Positions 50,441-63,270 of a stretch of DNA of 64,000 nucleotides are shown here, one piece after another. The position numbers and the translations under genes were made by a program. Each line of letters begins with the position of its first letter. Within the stretch, counting starts at the first letter, position 1. This stretch comes from Octopus vulgaris (lineage: Eukaryota), in the NCBI GenBank assembly GCA_951406725.2, contig CATOCA020000001.1:1612001-1676000 (forward strand), in the 5' to 3' direction. The notes under the pieces were generated by a model. The model was not told the origin of the DNA. It saw nothing but the letters and a program-made list of their open reading frames with translations, and searched no databases.

Positions 50441-53400
50441 CTGTTGAAGATAGAACAATAAGAAATTACAGGAAAACATTAACAATAATATAAAGGTTGT
50501 TGATATAAATATAACAAAAAACTATATCGATAGAGAAATACAAAATAGTGAAGAAACCTGAAAAATATAAGACATTGTTTATTTGAGAAAATTTATGGGA
50601 AATAGATTTCAGAAGTGTTTGGTTAATCAAAAGTGTGTCAGAACCTAAAGATTCAACATCGACGACAAACAGACACACCACTCGGTCCATTCATCCATTC
50701 ATTTTCTCAGCACAGTATTTCTAGAACGGTTACAAGGCCAGAGTTCTCAGGCACCTCCCAAATAATTTCCAATCAGAAGAAACCATCTTAAGACTTTCCA
50801 GTTGGATTTTCTTGTGTGACCATTTGGGTTTATCTCATTCGTGGTTTCCTCATGGTTGCTTAAGCTTGCTATCCTTTTCTGTAAAATTCTAATCACTTGT
50901 CCATCATATTAGAACATGTGTACTTGACATGTTTAATGCTTGAAATAAGTCATCTGTGAGTATGATGCCTCACCTGCTCTGACTAATTAATATAAACTGT
51001 TAGGTAAACAACACAAATTATGGAAGATACTGGCTTAATCTCTCTGGATGCACGGCATATAATGATGATATCTTTCACTGGATCAAAGCCACAATTTGTA
51101 AAGAGGTCGAAGGAAAGTAGACAGAACTTATTCAACATCGACATCATTCACTTACGGACAATTAAGCCCTACCTGTGAGTGAAGTGTGATCCACATCCAG
51201 ATGGACACTGGACAGTGGAGAAGCTGCAGGTCACTAGAACTACAACTTGTCAACTTAAAAACGAACATTTAAGGATGTTGTCCTATGTAAAAGACAGAGA
51301 CGTCACACTTGGAACGCCTTTAAACTTAAGTCTGCTGGATTAACACTGATATTTAACGATTATAAGTGATATGGTTCTGTTGAGTGTCCTCTATTAAGCT
51401 TCTTCTTTATATTGAAGCAATGTGGTAAGAAGTCATTCCAGTATGGTGATTTAAATTGAAATTAATTATCAGCTTCCTACACAAGAACCTATAATTGATT
51501 TCATCAGAAATTCAATGTTGTTGATTCACATCGTGTTTGGTGAATCGATTCTCTTTCTGAGAATAATCAACAACCATTCATTTTTTATGGCATTCCTTGG
51601 TAGAAACAGCAACTTGAAAAAGTCTTAATAATCTTTTCTGCCTGGAGATATCGGACTTGTAATTTGACGAATCTTGATATGATTTATTGCAAGAACGAGA
51701 CTTAATAGCAATAGGTTTACAGTCATAGGGGGGGGGGACATCATAAGCATTGTCCAGAAGACACAAACTGACCATAACATGTCCACTGTAAATATCCTTA
51801 AAACTGGACTTGAACCTTTTCACCAACAGAAGAAAGATTTCGAAGACTCAGTAGTTGTGGCTAAGATGAAACTTGACCCATTCGTGTTGAAAGAGATGCT
51901 TCTGGTTTTGCAATAGTTGCATCAGTAAATCAGGGAGGACGGCCTATTGATTCTTTTCTTAGATGTCTCGCAGAATTCTGAGTTAAAACATCTTTAAAGT
52001 GAGAAAGAAACCACCCCAATCACAGAGTTTATTGCACCATTAGAAGCGCTTCCTAAGCTGAAAATGACACACCCTTTTTACTGCTGAAAAAAAGAATGTA
52101 GTTTTATGTTTGATGTTAAATGTGATCATAAAATAAAAGAAATGAGAATATTTCTGACATGTCTGCTTTCTGTTTTGTTCTGTTGTCAGTTCCAATCAAA
52201 TTGCTGAACTGCATAACTACCTTTGGCATCCAGGCATGACACGAATGTGTGATTATGTGGAAAGTAAGAATATTCCAGAATCACTTGATGAAATCAAAAT
52301 GATGATTTCCCTGTGAACAACCTGTGATGAGTGTAACCCCCACATTTTAAAACCTAATATGCATTCAGTGAAAGTGTCCCAATCATTCGAATGAATTGAC
52401 TTATATTTTAAAGGTTTGCTTCTGTCTGCTGCTCGTAATCAATATATTTTAACCGTGGTGGATGAATATTCTAGATTTCCTTTTGCTCTTCCATGCATAG
52501 AGATTAGTACTTCAACACAACATCGAGTGTCTTTACTGAATAGTCTCGACACTCAATCTGCCTAGCGATGTGCATTTAGATAGAGGCTGCTGCATCATGT
52601 CAGACGCGTTGTAAAAAATGGCTTCGTAGTAAAATTATGCTGCTCATAATGAACGCATTTTAACAATGGTGGATGTATATTCTAGATTGTTTGTTGCTCT
52701 TCCATGCATAGAGATTAATACTTCAACACAACATCGAGTGTCCTTGCTGAATATTCTCGACACCCAGTATGCCTGGTGATGTGCATTTCGATACATCCTG
52801 CTGCGTCATGTCAGAGGTTTTGTAAAAATGGTTTCACAGTAAAATTATTGCCTTTATTAAGACATGCTCATATGATCCCAACATAAATGCACAGTGTGAA
52901 TGATACAAAAGTTTTCTTTGGAAACCTATGGAACTTGCCTGCCACTCCAAAAGCTAAACATGAAACATGGACCTCACTCAATCTGCTTCCTGTTTTCTAC
53001 AGCATCTATTGTACCCCCACCCATCGAAGAATGTCCATTTATTCCGGACAATCTATAGATGGGACATCAATTCCAACTTGGTTGAGTAACCCAGGTCCTG
53101 TGTTTTGAAATGTTGTGTTAAGTCCCAATATGATCCTTTAGTGAATGAGGTTGAATACATTGAATCAGCCCCCTCCTCAGTATGCCCAGATCTAAAATTC
53201 AAAGGGTCAGGAAAGTCTTTCTTTGCAATCTATCACCTTGAAAAGTTACCAACAGGACACTGAAAATCGAATAATCATTCATATTTGAAGAGTCGATAAT
53301 TCCGAGTCAAATTCTATCCCAATTCAGTCTTCTGCAAATAATTCTTCTCACTAATTCTCAATGAACTCAAGATTCGACCAATTCTCCTGAGCCTATTCTG

Positions 53401-56400
53401 TTATTATTATATCAGTTTCAGTGAGAGAGGTCACCTCTTTTGGCTTGACCTAAGAATATTCATAATCTGGTAAATTCCCTTAGAAGAATTCTCTCTTCTT
53501 GGCGGGAGAGAATATGATATGATTCATCGGTGTCCTCTATTTAGTCTTTCCCGGAAGCATCTAGAGACATACGTCATGTCATTAAGACGACATTCGAATA
53601 TTTGTTATATGAGCTGAAATGATCTGCTTTTTACACAATGATCCTAAGAAGAACCTAACTCAACGTCTTACGATGGAATAAACAAGACTTGTTCCGATTG
53701 TAACCTTTGCTTCATTAAACATATCAAGGAATAAACTGTGTAAAAATGTAAAACACGCAAAAACATTGTCATTCGATCATCTGTTTAGCCTTAAATATAT
53801 CTTAATCCCTTAAATATATTTTAATCCCTTCTTCCAAAAGACAATATCTACTCAACTGTGTTTTATCAATTTATCCAGTTTACCAACCTTAATAACCTCA
53901 AGTTTTACTGAATTACATTAATATATTTAATAGAATTATTTTACAGTTAACATTTCAAATGGAATGCAACCAGTTCTCAGTCATAAAGGCTCAAGTGAAG
54001 GTAAAATTTACAGAAATCAATTAGGTATTGTTATTTTTTTACTCACCAACTTTCCACCAGTTGCCTCCTAACTGACATGCCAACTTTAGGAGATACCTCT
54101 CATCCAGTTTTTGAAAACCTGAAATAAATATCTCCATGGTTTACATTTAATAGTAGAATCTCTTAATATTTATTAATAAAGTATATCTTATCATAAGATA
54201 TTCTTATCTTCAATGTTCGCTCAACATTTTTATAAGTTTTACAATCGTACCATATATTAGCTCAATATTCAGGTCCACCACACAATAGAGTCTATCTAAC
54301 CTTTCTAATGTCCTTTTTTTAATTAAGGCATCCAACATATGAAGGTCCGCTGAGAGTTTCATACGATGACAAATACGCTCACATAGAATGTGACCAAATG
54401 AAGTCTATTTTTCAACCCCTTGAGGTCCACACACTTCTTCCATTCGTGTTTTAGTTCTTGAATGAATCTCATTTGTGAACAAGCTTTCATCCTGTTGCTA
54501 AAATAATTCATCAACTGACGATATAATTTCATCATCATTGCGATGACGATTTCCAACCGGATATTTTTGAAAGTTGATGGACAAACGATAGTCAGAAGGG
54601 GGTAAATCGGGGGAAGAAGTAAGGTGATCAACTAGTTCAAAACTAGGGCCATGCTCAACACCCATTGAAGGCAAGGACGTATGTGCTGGGTCATTGTCTT
54701 GATGATACGAAACCCTTTGAATTAGTTTCCCGGGGCATTTGGTCTCGATAGGCTTTTGTAACTGCTTCAGTAAGATGGTACAATACCCTCCATCGATGGC
54801 AGAGCCCTTCTGAAAATAGTCAATAAACACAATGCCTTTTGCATCACAAAAACCTGAGACTATCCCCTTCTATGCAGATGAAACGATGTTGGCCTTCGTT
54901 TGAACAGGTAGAGACGTGTGTTTCTACTGCATGGATTATCTTTTTGTCCGAGGCTCAAAATGTTTAATCCAACACTCATCGTGGATTAAGAAAGGTTCAA
55001 TGAATTCAGCTGAATCTGCTTCAAGCAATGTCGGATTTTAGAATAATGAGATCAGCCTAGTGTGCTTTTGATCAGGTTTCAGAAGACGTGGCACCCACCA
55101 AACAGAAACCATTGTCATGCCAAGTGCAGAATATTCTCAAATCTGTCACCGAAAATGCTAATACCATTGGCTATTTGATTTATAGTCAATCACCCGTCAT
55201 CCATCACCATGCGGTGAAAATGTTAAATGTTTTCCTCGGTGGTGAAAGTAGCAGGACATCCAGACATTGGGTCCTTTTCAATACTCTCAGTTCGCCTCCT
55301 AAATTCAACTGTCCACTTTTGCACAGTTGATAATGTTGGAGTGTCATCACCTAATATAGCAACCGTGTCAGCATGATCGCCCTTGGGGAATAAACCCTTT
55401 TTCTGCACGATGCCATATTTTGTCCATTTTCAAAAGAGGTCGCTACTAGTCACATTACAAGTCTTCTTTGAACATTCAGTTGTCAATTTACGTGGAATCA
55501 AAACGTGCAGTTATTAATAAGAAGTGTTGAAATTAATGCATGCTAGATTTTACACGCTACACTCTACATTTTCCAAACCTCATTAACTTCATATAACTAA
55601 TTATCCACACGTTATGGCGGTGAAAAACATCTGAAATGGTACACAAGAACGGATGCTCAAGAATATATACGCAAGACGGAGATATAGATCAAACTGGACG
55701 CGGCAAATCTCGTATTTTCCGAGAGGTCCTCACTTATCTATTGCTTATAACCCATCCTCTCTTTCTGCCATGATCTCAATGCCTCTACTCTTATTGGACA
55801 ATGAGGTAGTGTACCATTGTCCTAAACATTTTATAGGTTTCTTTTCAACCTTTGACATGGTTTCACCTGCTATTTTGAACTTCTTCTGATGACCTTTGAC
55901 AACTGACAGACTGCATTACATATTAGCTTTAAACCCCACTCTTGACCAAGTAATTAGTCCATCCAGTCTATCCAGGACGATTTGTATATCATTTTACTCT
56001 CTTGTTATTATTGTTATATCATCAATTAATGCCTTCTCATGTGATTTCACTCGAGCCATTTCTTCTGATCAATCTGCTGATCTAAGTAGCTTCTCCATAA
56101 CAAGCTCAAATGACCGATATTGTGCAACCTACAGGTATTTCAATTTCAAGACGATCCCACTCTGTTGTGAAATTTTCTGCCATGAACTGCATTTTGAAAT
56201 TGTTATAGCAGCTCTTCATCAGATAATCTTTTCTTCCAGTATATAAAAGAAGTCCATTGCTTTCATCAACAACTGATTGGAACTATCTACTGAGTGGTAC
56301 AGAACCATAAGCATTAGCCAGATCAAACCATACAACATTCAACTCCTTTTTACTCTCCTGTCTGTCTTGTGTGCATCCCAGATTGAAAATGCTTGTTCCA

Positions 56401-58847
56401 CATATCCACGAATTCCGGAGATGTCAGCCTTCTGGACATTTCCCGTCCTATAGACATGATTTTGTAGATATGTAGCTGATCCCTTTAGCAAGTAAATCCA
56501 TGTAAATCTTGTCATCTACAGTCAGGATTGAAACTGGTCTGAATTGACCAATAAATTTTACTTTAGCTTCTTTTGTTAATTAAACTCTTCTGCCTTGCAC
56601 CAGGCATCAACAGTTCATTTTTATGCTATAACACTCTAAATGGAAGCTAAAGCTTATAACATAATTGTGTACAATACTTGTACACTTTGTCTTTATATGG
56701 TATACAAACACCTTCTGGGGCGCTCTTTCCTTTTGCTGAAATCAACCAAGCTGAAATATATGACTACTGCTTTCGATGGTCATTTCAAACTGTCCATTTT
56801 CAGTATATTGTCCCCTACTATGTTAAGTATCTGCAAACGGTTTCCTAGTAACCTCATAAGGGTTCTTAAGGATCTCTTCTCTAATTTGCTAACTCTCCTT
56901 TCTTCTGCCAATGTGTCTGATATTTCTTTGCATAAGTTAGAAAGGGAAGTTTAATATTCTTGAAGACCAAACAATCTTTCTAGGGTTTTTGGTACAATAA
57001 AATGTACCCAGGACCCCGTAGAATGTGGTTGATGTTTGGAAAGACATACCACCATGGAAAAGTCGGAATATTGTAGTGAGATGTGTTCCTCAACCAATGA
57101 CGGTGGGTAGTAATTCTGAATAAGAACTAACTTGGATAGTAGCCATCCATCCATCCAATTGATAGGAGGATGGAAATCAGATGATAAATGATGAGGACGA
57201 TGTCATTTATTGTATTGTATCTTGCAGCAAATATTTATCCTGAAGAGAGTGAGACAATGGTTGTCCCAGCAGGAAACCAAAGTCTTCTTCTTGGACAAAG
57301 ACAACGTTTAGTGCAGGTAATGATAGATTTACTTTCAGTGAAAAAAGTATGTTCACACTTGGAACAAATTTCATTGTGACTCTGCGAGATTATGAGAGAC
57401 ATCTGCCTAAACAACAACAACAATAACAATAACTGCCTATCCATAAACAGTCAGAATGAAAAACAAACAAAATCATAATTCTCCTGCTTACACTTAACCC
57501 ATGGCCTGCCATGAGCCCCATTTGAGGATCTGATAAAAATAGTTTCACTGCCGGTTGTTCGTTGTATTTTAAGTGAATTGCTTGCTTACATTGCATTTGT
57601 AGAGGTGTGTTTAACAATATTTAGTAATTAAATTTTGTCATTATTAACTCTGGCTAATTCTAGAGGACATTTATATCACAAATCGCAATTTTTGAACTAC
57701 AAAAATATTGACTGTTTTGAAAAGTTCTTTTTTCTTTTCTTGCATTTCCCTTCTATATCATTCATTGATATTTCATACACATTCGCATTTGATACTCTAG
57801 TTTCAGAAAAACTAAAATCTTTATTATTGCAATTGAATAGAAAGAGATAAATATGCTTTTTCTCAGCGATCCCCATTTGGGACTTATCGAAACAATTATC
57901 ATAATTTCCAAAATAAATCACATATGAAGAAACTTTAAATGCGATATATGATTTTTAACTCCTGAGACATCAGGCAAAGCCAAAAAGTATGAATAAAAGT
58001 TTGGAAGTTAAGGGTTAAACAGCATTATTAATTTCGTGATCAAATGACAGAATGAACTCTGTTGTGTCTTCTAATTTAAACATTATTACCAACAGTGCTA
58101 ACCTCAATGGTTATTCCATAAACTTTCAATAATATCGATATCTCTAATAGAACTATTATACAGTTAATCTTTCAATCGTAAAATTGGAATGTAACCTGTT
58201 TCCGGTTATTCTTTGAAGCACAATATGGCCAGGGGAAGTAAAACTTATAGAAATCAATTGGCAACTGTTATTTTATACTCACCAATTTCCTCAGATGCAA
58301 CCTCTGTTTGTACACACTTGTCTTCAGACTTTGGAGACTCTGAAATAAATATTTCCAAGTTTTAGAATTAATAATAGAATTTCTTTATCGTTATTTTAAA
58401 TAAACTCTTTCTTGTTGTGAGACATTCAATTCCTTTGAGTCAAGTAAAACCAAAAACCAGAAATCACAAATCAAAATCAAAACAAGATCGAAATCAAAAT
58501 GGAAATTGTAATTATGGCCGATGCCAGTGCCGCCTGGCTGGCACCTGTGCCGTTGGCACGTAATAAGTACCATTCAAGCGTGGTTTGTTACCAGTTCCGC
58601 CTGACTGGTTCCCTGTGCCGGTGGCACGTAAAAAGCACCATCCAAACGTGGTCAATACCAGCTCCCACCTAAACTGGCTCCTGTGTCGGTGGCACGTAGA
58701 AAGCACCCACCACACTCTCGGAGTGGTTGGCATTAGGAATGGCATACATATGCGGAAACCTTGCCAGATCACATTGGAGCCTGGCGCAGTCTACTGCCTT
58801 GCCAGTGAAATCGTCCGACCCATGCCACTATAAGAAACGGATGTTAA

Positions 58848-58881
<34 letters not shown>

Positions 58882-61800
58882 GTTCCATGACCAAATGACA
58901 AAATTAACTCTATTGTGTCTTCTAATTTGAACATTATTACCAACAGCATTAATCTCAATGGGTATTTCATAAACTCTCAGTAAATCGATATCTTTAATTC
59001 AATTTTTTAAAGATAATCGTTCAATTGGAAAATAGGAATGGAAGCTGTTTTCAGTTATTCTTTCAAGCACAATATATTCGGGGGAAGAAAACCTTACAGA
59101 AATCAATTGGGAACTATTATTTTATACTCACCAATTGCCTGAGATGCAGCCCCTAATTCCTGACATATAGCCTCTGTTTGTACACACCTGTCCTCAAACT
59201 TTGGAGCCTCTGAAATAAATATTTCCAAGTTTTACATTTAATAATAAACTTTCTTTATCTTTATTTTTATTAAACTCTATCTTGTTATTGTGAGACATTC
59301 AATTCCTGTCGTTAATGGTCAACTGTTGACCATTATGGTTTTGGTCAATATTTCTGTACTTTCTACAGTGGTCCCATGTAATAGCCCAATATGTCCACAA
59401 TAAAACAGACTAACATTCCTAAATCCACCCGCTCTCTCTCTCTCTCTCTAAAAACACATTAAATATTCTAACAATGTTGCAATTATCTCATTTAATTAAC
59501 ACTTGATAAGAGTTTTCTCTTAGCATTGTCTTTCTTTTCTTATAACTGTGCCAAATCTATGGCATGGCACAGTACTCTCATCTCTAGAGTTCACTAATCA
59601 ACATTCCTCTCTAATTAAGTAAAACTGAGGTCATAAAGATGTCCTTTATGTGTATCCCCTCCACCCCGCACACAATCTGTCCCCTAATAAACATCTGCAC
59701 AAGCCAAATTCCATACACCCTTCCCCAACATGATCCCTAACAAGATATAAAATGTAATGTGAGGGTACACGATGTTCCTATGACAAAATAAGTTTACATT
59801 TCATACATACAAATGTAAGAGAGTTAATGAATTATAGCTTATTAATTATCATGATAATTGGGTATATATGTGATACAATGGCACTGTGCTTGACGGTGCA
59901 ATACTAGATATCAATATAGATTGTATATAATCTGAGTAAAGAACATATAACCTTCATTACTATGAATATGATTGTGTCTCAGCACAGCTAATATTATGGT
60001 AGTTCCATGAGCAAACGAAGAAAGATATAACCAAGTCCACTGCCAAATACTAATGATTAATTCATTTCCTGGTCAAATAACAATGACTAACTTCCATTAA
60101 ATAATTTGAACGCAACAATCAAGACCAAAGGGTGAAACACTCAGAAAACTGTGCCTCTTTTAGCATTAATATCATCTAAAATCTAACAAGAGTGAGAAAA
60201 AGAATGACTATATGGATGGTAAATGTTGTTCAAACAATGTAATAAGTGTATATTATATATAGTTACAAACAAGGATTTGTGAGATCAAGTCACACAGGGA
60301 ACTCATATTTAATTCCTATCTTTATAATTTATGTCAACTCCAATGTTTTGTTTAAATGCAAACAGATGTTCACCGTCCAATACTAAATTTAATATTTAAT
60401 CAACGTTAATGATCATTATACTTATAATCTTAGAGATTTGATTTTAATTTCTTTAATTTATAACAATGCTATTCTGACCTGAGACATTCAGGGTACGTAC
60501 CTAAACAACATATCCTGACAGACATCTGGCTACATAACAACAACAACAACAATAAACTATCAGAAAACTTAGGAAAGACCTTAGTAGCAAAAGAAACAAA
60601 AACTTTCTTTTTAACTCACCTGTTTACAAATAAACAACAAACTATTTTAGTTCTCTGTCCTAAAAGACATCATTAACTCTATAATGTCTTCTTATTTATC
60701 CATTTTACCAACCACGTTAACCTTGATTTTATGAAATTTCAGTGGAATATTTAATAGAATCCTTTTACACCTAATCTTACAAATAGAAATTAAGAACGGA
60801 ACTTGTTCTCGATCAGCCTGACAAGTAAAATCACTCAGGCGAAGATAAATGCTATAGAAATCTATAAAATACTGTTGTGGATGTGCAACGGCCCAGTGGT
60901 TAGGGCAGTGGACTCGCGGTTGTAGGATCGCGGTTTCGATTCCCAGACCGGGCGTTGTGAGTGTTTATTGAGCGAAAACTCCAAAGTTCCACAAGGCTCC
61001 GGCTGGGGGGTTGTAGCGATCCCTGCTGTTCACTTTCTCCACAACTTTCTCTCACTCTTTCTTCTGTTGGCCTGCTCGCTTAGCCAGCTGGGTGGCGCCA
61101 CTTGAAGGCTAACTCAATGCGAAGCGCATTGTAACCAGCGATGTGTAGCAACATCTGATAGCCTGGTCGGTCACAGTGATAACGGTGATAAGGTACTGTT
61201 AATTTATAGAAATCTATAAGGTACTTTTAATTTATACTCACTAACTGCCCCTGCCATCATCTTGGCTTCCTTCTCTTTAAAATTTTGACTCCCTGAGATA
61301 TGTGTTTTCAAGTTTTATACTTTATAGAAAAATCTTTGTTTATTAATAATCTATATTATTGTGAGCCATTCCTATCATAAATGAACAACTGGTGACCATT
61401 GTGGCTTTGGAAGACAGATTCGACGGTGTTACCATTTAATAGGTCAATATTTAGGTGCACAACAAAATAACCTTCAAACCTTCTTAACTCTTAAATCTCT
61501 AATCTTCTTAAATCTCCGCTGCCTATTATGACATCCTACATAATCTAACAATGACCAACTTCGATGACCAACTTGGTTGACATTAGAATCAATCAGAAGA
61601 TAGGAAAATGTTGGTTTGTGAAGTCTAGAGGTGAGAGAACGACGCCATGTCATAGATCTGGCACAGATATAAGAAACGAAAGAGAAAACGGAGAGATTAA
61701 CAGTAATATCAATGGAAAATTATATGAGTAGTTGTGTGTTCGAGTCTGATATTTCAAAAGCTGAATCGAAGTCCCAGCAGCAGAATTGGGTATTATCACC

Positions 61801-63237
61801 CTTACAAGACAGAACAAAATAGCCATTCGATAAAAGAAATTTAATGATCAATATTCTAATACAGAGTTAATATTTAATTTTGTTTTATTTACTTTCCACA
61901 GTATATATTCGAAGTTGAGACCTTCTGTGTATATACCGCAAGAGATGATATCTCATATCAAGCAATTATTTGAGATCTTTTATAAGATGATAAACCATTA
62001 TGTATTTCCGGAGGACAACTTTATAAAATATCCAAGTCGTTTTTTACAAGTTGCCAGTATTTACACCTACACAGAACAACCGATTTAACAGTCAAACTTT
62101 CTAATGTTGGTTCTCAAACTCTCACCTGAGATTTTATGATTAAATATCTTACTTCAGGAAATCTCAAAATGATGTTCTTGGGAATATCTTTGTCTTTAAT
62201 CATCACCTTCCCTAGATACTGATAAATCATTAATCAACTTTGATGACTCACAATCAATTGTTAGAAATTGGTGTTTACTGATATAAAAACGAATGTACTG
62301 ATATTTCAGTTAATTGCAAGTTATGTTGCTGTATCATTCATTGGTCTTGTGCTGCAGCATGATTCATTAGTCTTGTGCTGCAGACAGGACCCTCTTGAAA
62401 TTTGACAAGTCTTCTATTTGGATAAAGACAATGTTTAGTGGATGTAGTGAGAGATACACTATCACAGAGAAATGACACCTGGAACATCTTTCAACATTAA
62501 TCTGCCAGATTATGGCAGATCTGGGTCTACACGACAATTCTGAAGCACATTAGATACTATATATACGTATTATATATCATAAAGTCAATGAGACAAACAG
62601 ACAGATTATCAAATAGTTTTCTTACCAAATTCTCTCACACCACTTATTGGCTGATGACATGTGGGGCATGATTCCCCCTTAATTCTGATATAACAATCAC
62701 GGCAGAGGGCTATATGTTCACAGGGCTTGAAATCAGAAGAGGCATACATCACTTGACAATACGTACATCTGTGGAACAAAATACAAACAAATCCCGACAA
62801 TAATTTTCATTTATAATAAAGATTACATTTTGTTCCTGTTCAGAGTAGAGAATATTACGAGACATTACAATGATGAGTAAGACTACATTAGAAAGATTTC
62901 TTTTAACAATTTGGCCGTTGCCAGCGCCGCCCCGATGGCCTCCATGCCGGTGGCACGTAAAATGCACCATCCGACCGTGGCCGTTAGCCAGCCCCGTCTG
63001 GCACTTGTGACGGTGGCACGTAAAAAGCACCCCCTACACTCACGGAGTGGTTGGCGTTAGGAAGGGCATCCAGCCGTAGAAACATTGCCAGATCAGACTG
63101 GGCCTGGTGCAGCCTTCTGGCCTCCCAGACCCCAGTTCAACCGTCCAACCCATGGTAGCATGGAAAGCGGACGCTAAATGATGATGATGATGATTCAAAC
63201 AGATTTTTGTATATACGAACAGTGCACACATGCAAAT

Positions 63238-63270
<33 letters not shown>

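Noticed and set aside
60614-60622. AG|GTGAGT juxtaposition suggesting a recursive-splicing (zero-length exon) site
   Set aside because: CAG|gtgagt is also the ordinary donor consensus, and the intron is short. The two readings cannot be distinguished without RNA data.
60885-60950. tRNA-like sequence with A/B boxes and a TCG anticodon-like loop
   Set aside because: It lacks a proper acceptor stem and continues into a SINE body, so it is a SINE head and not a tRNA gene.
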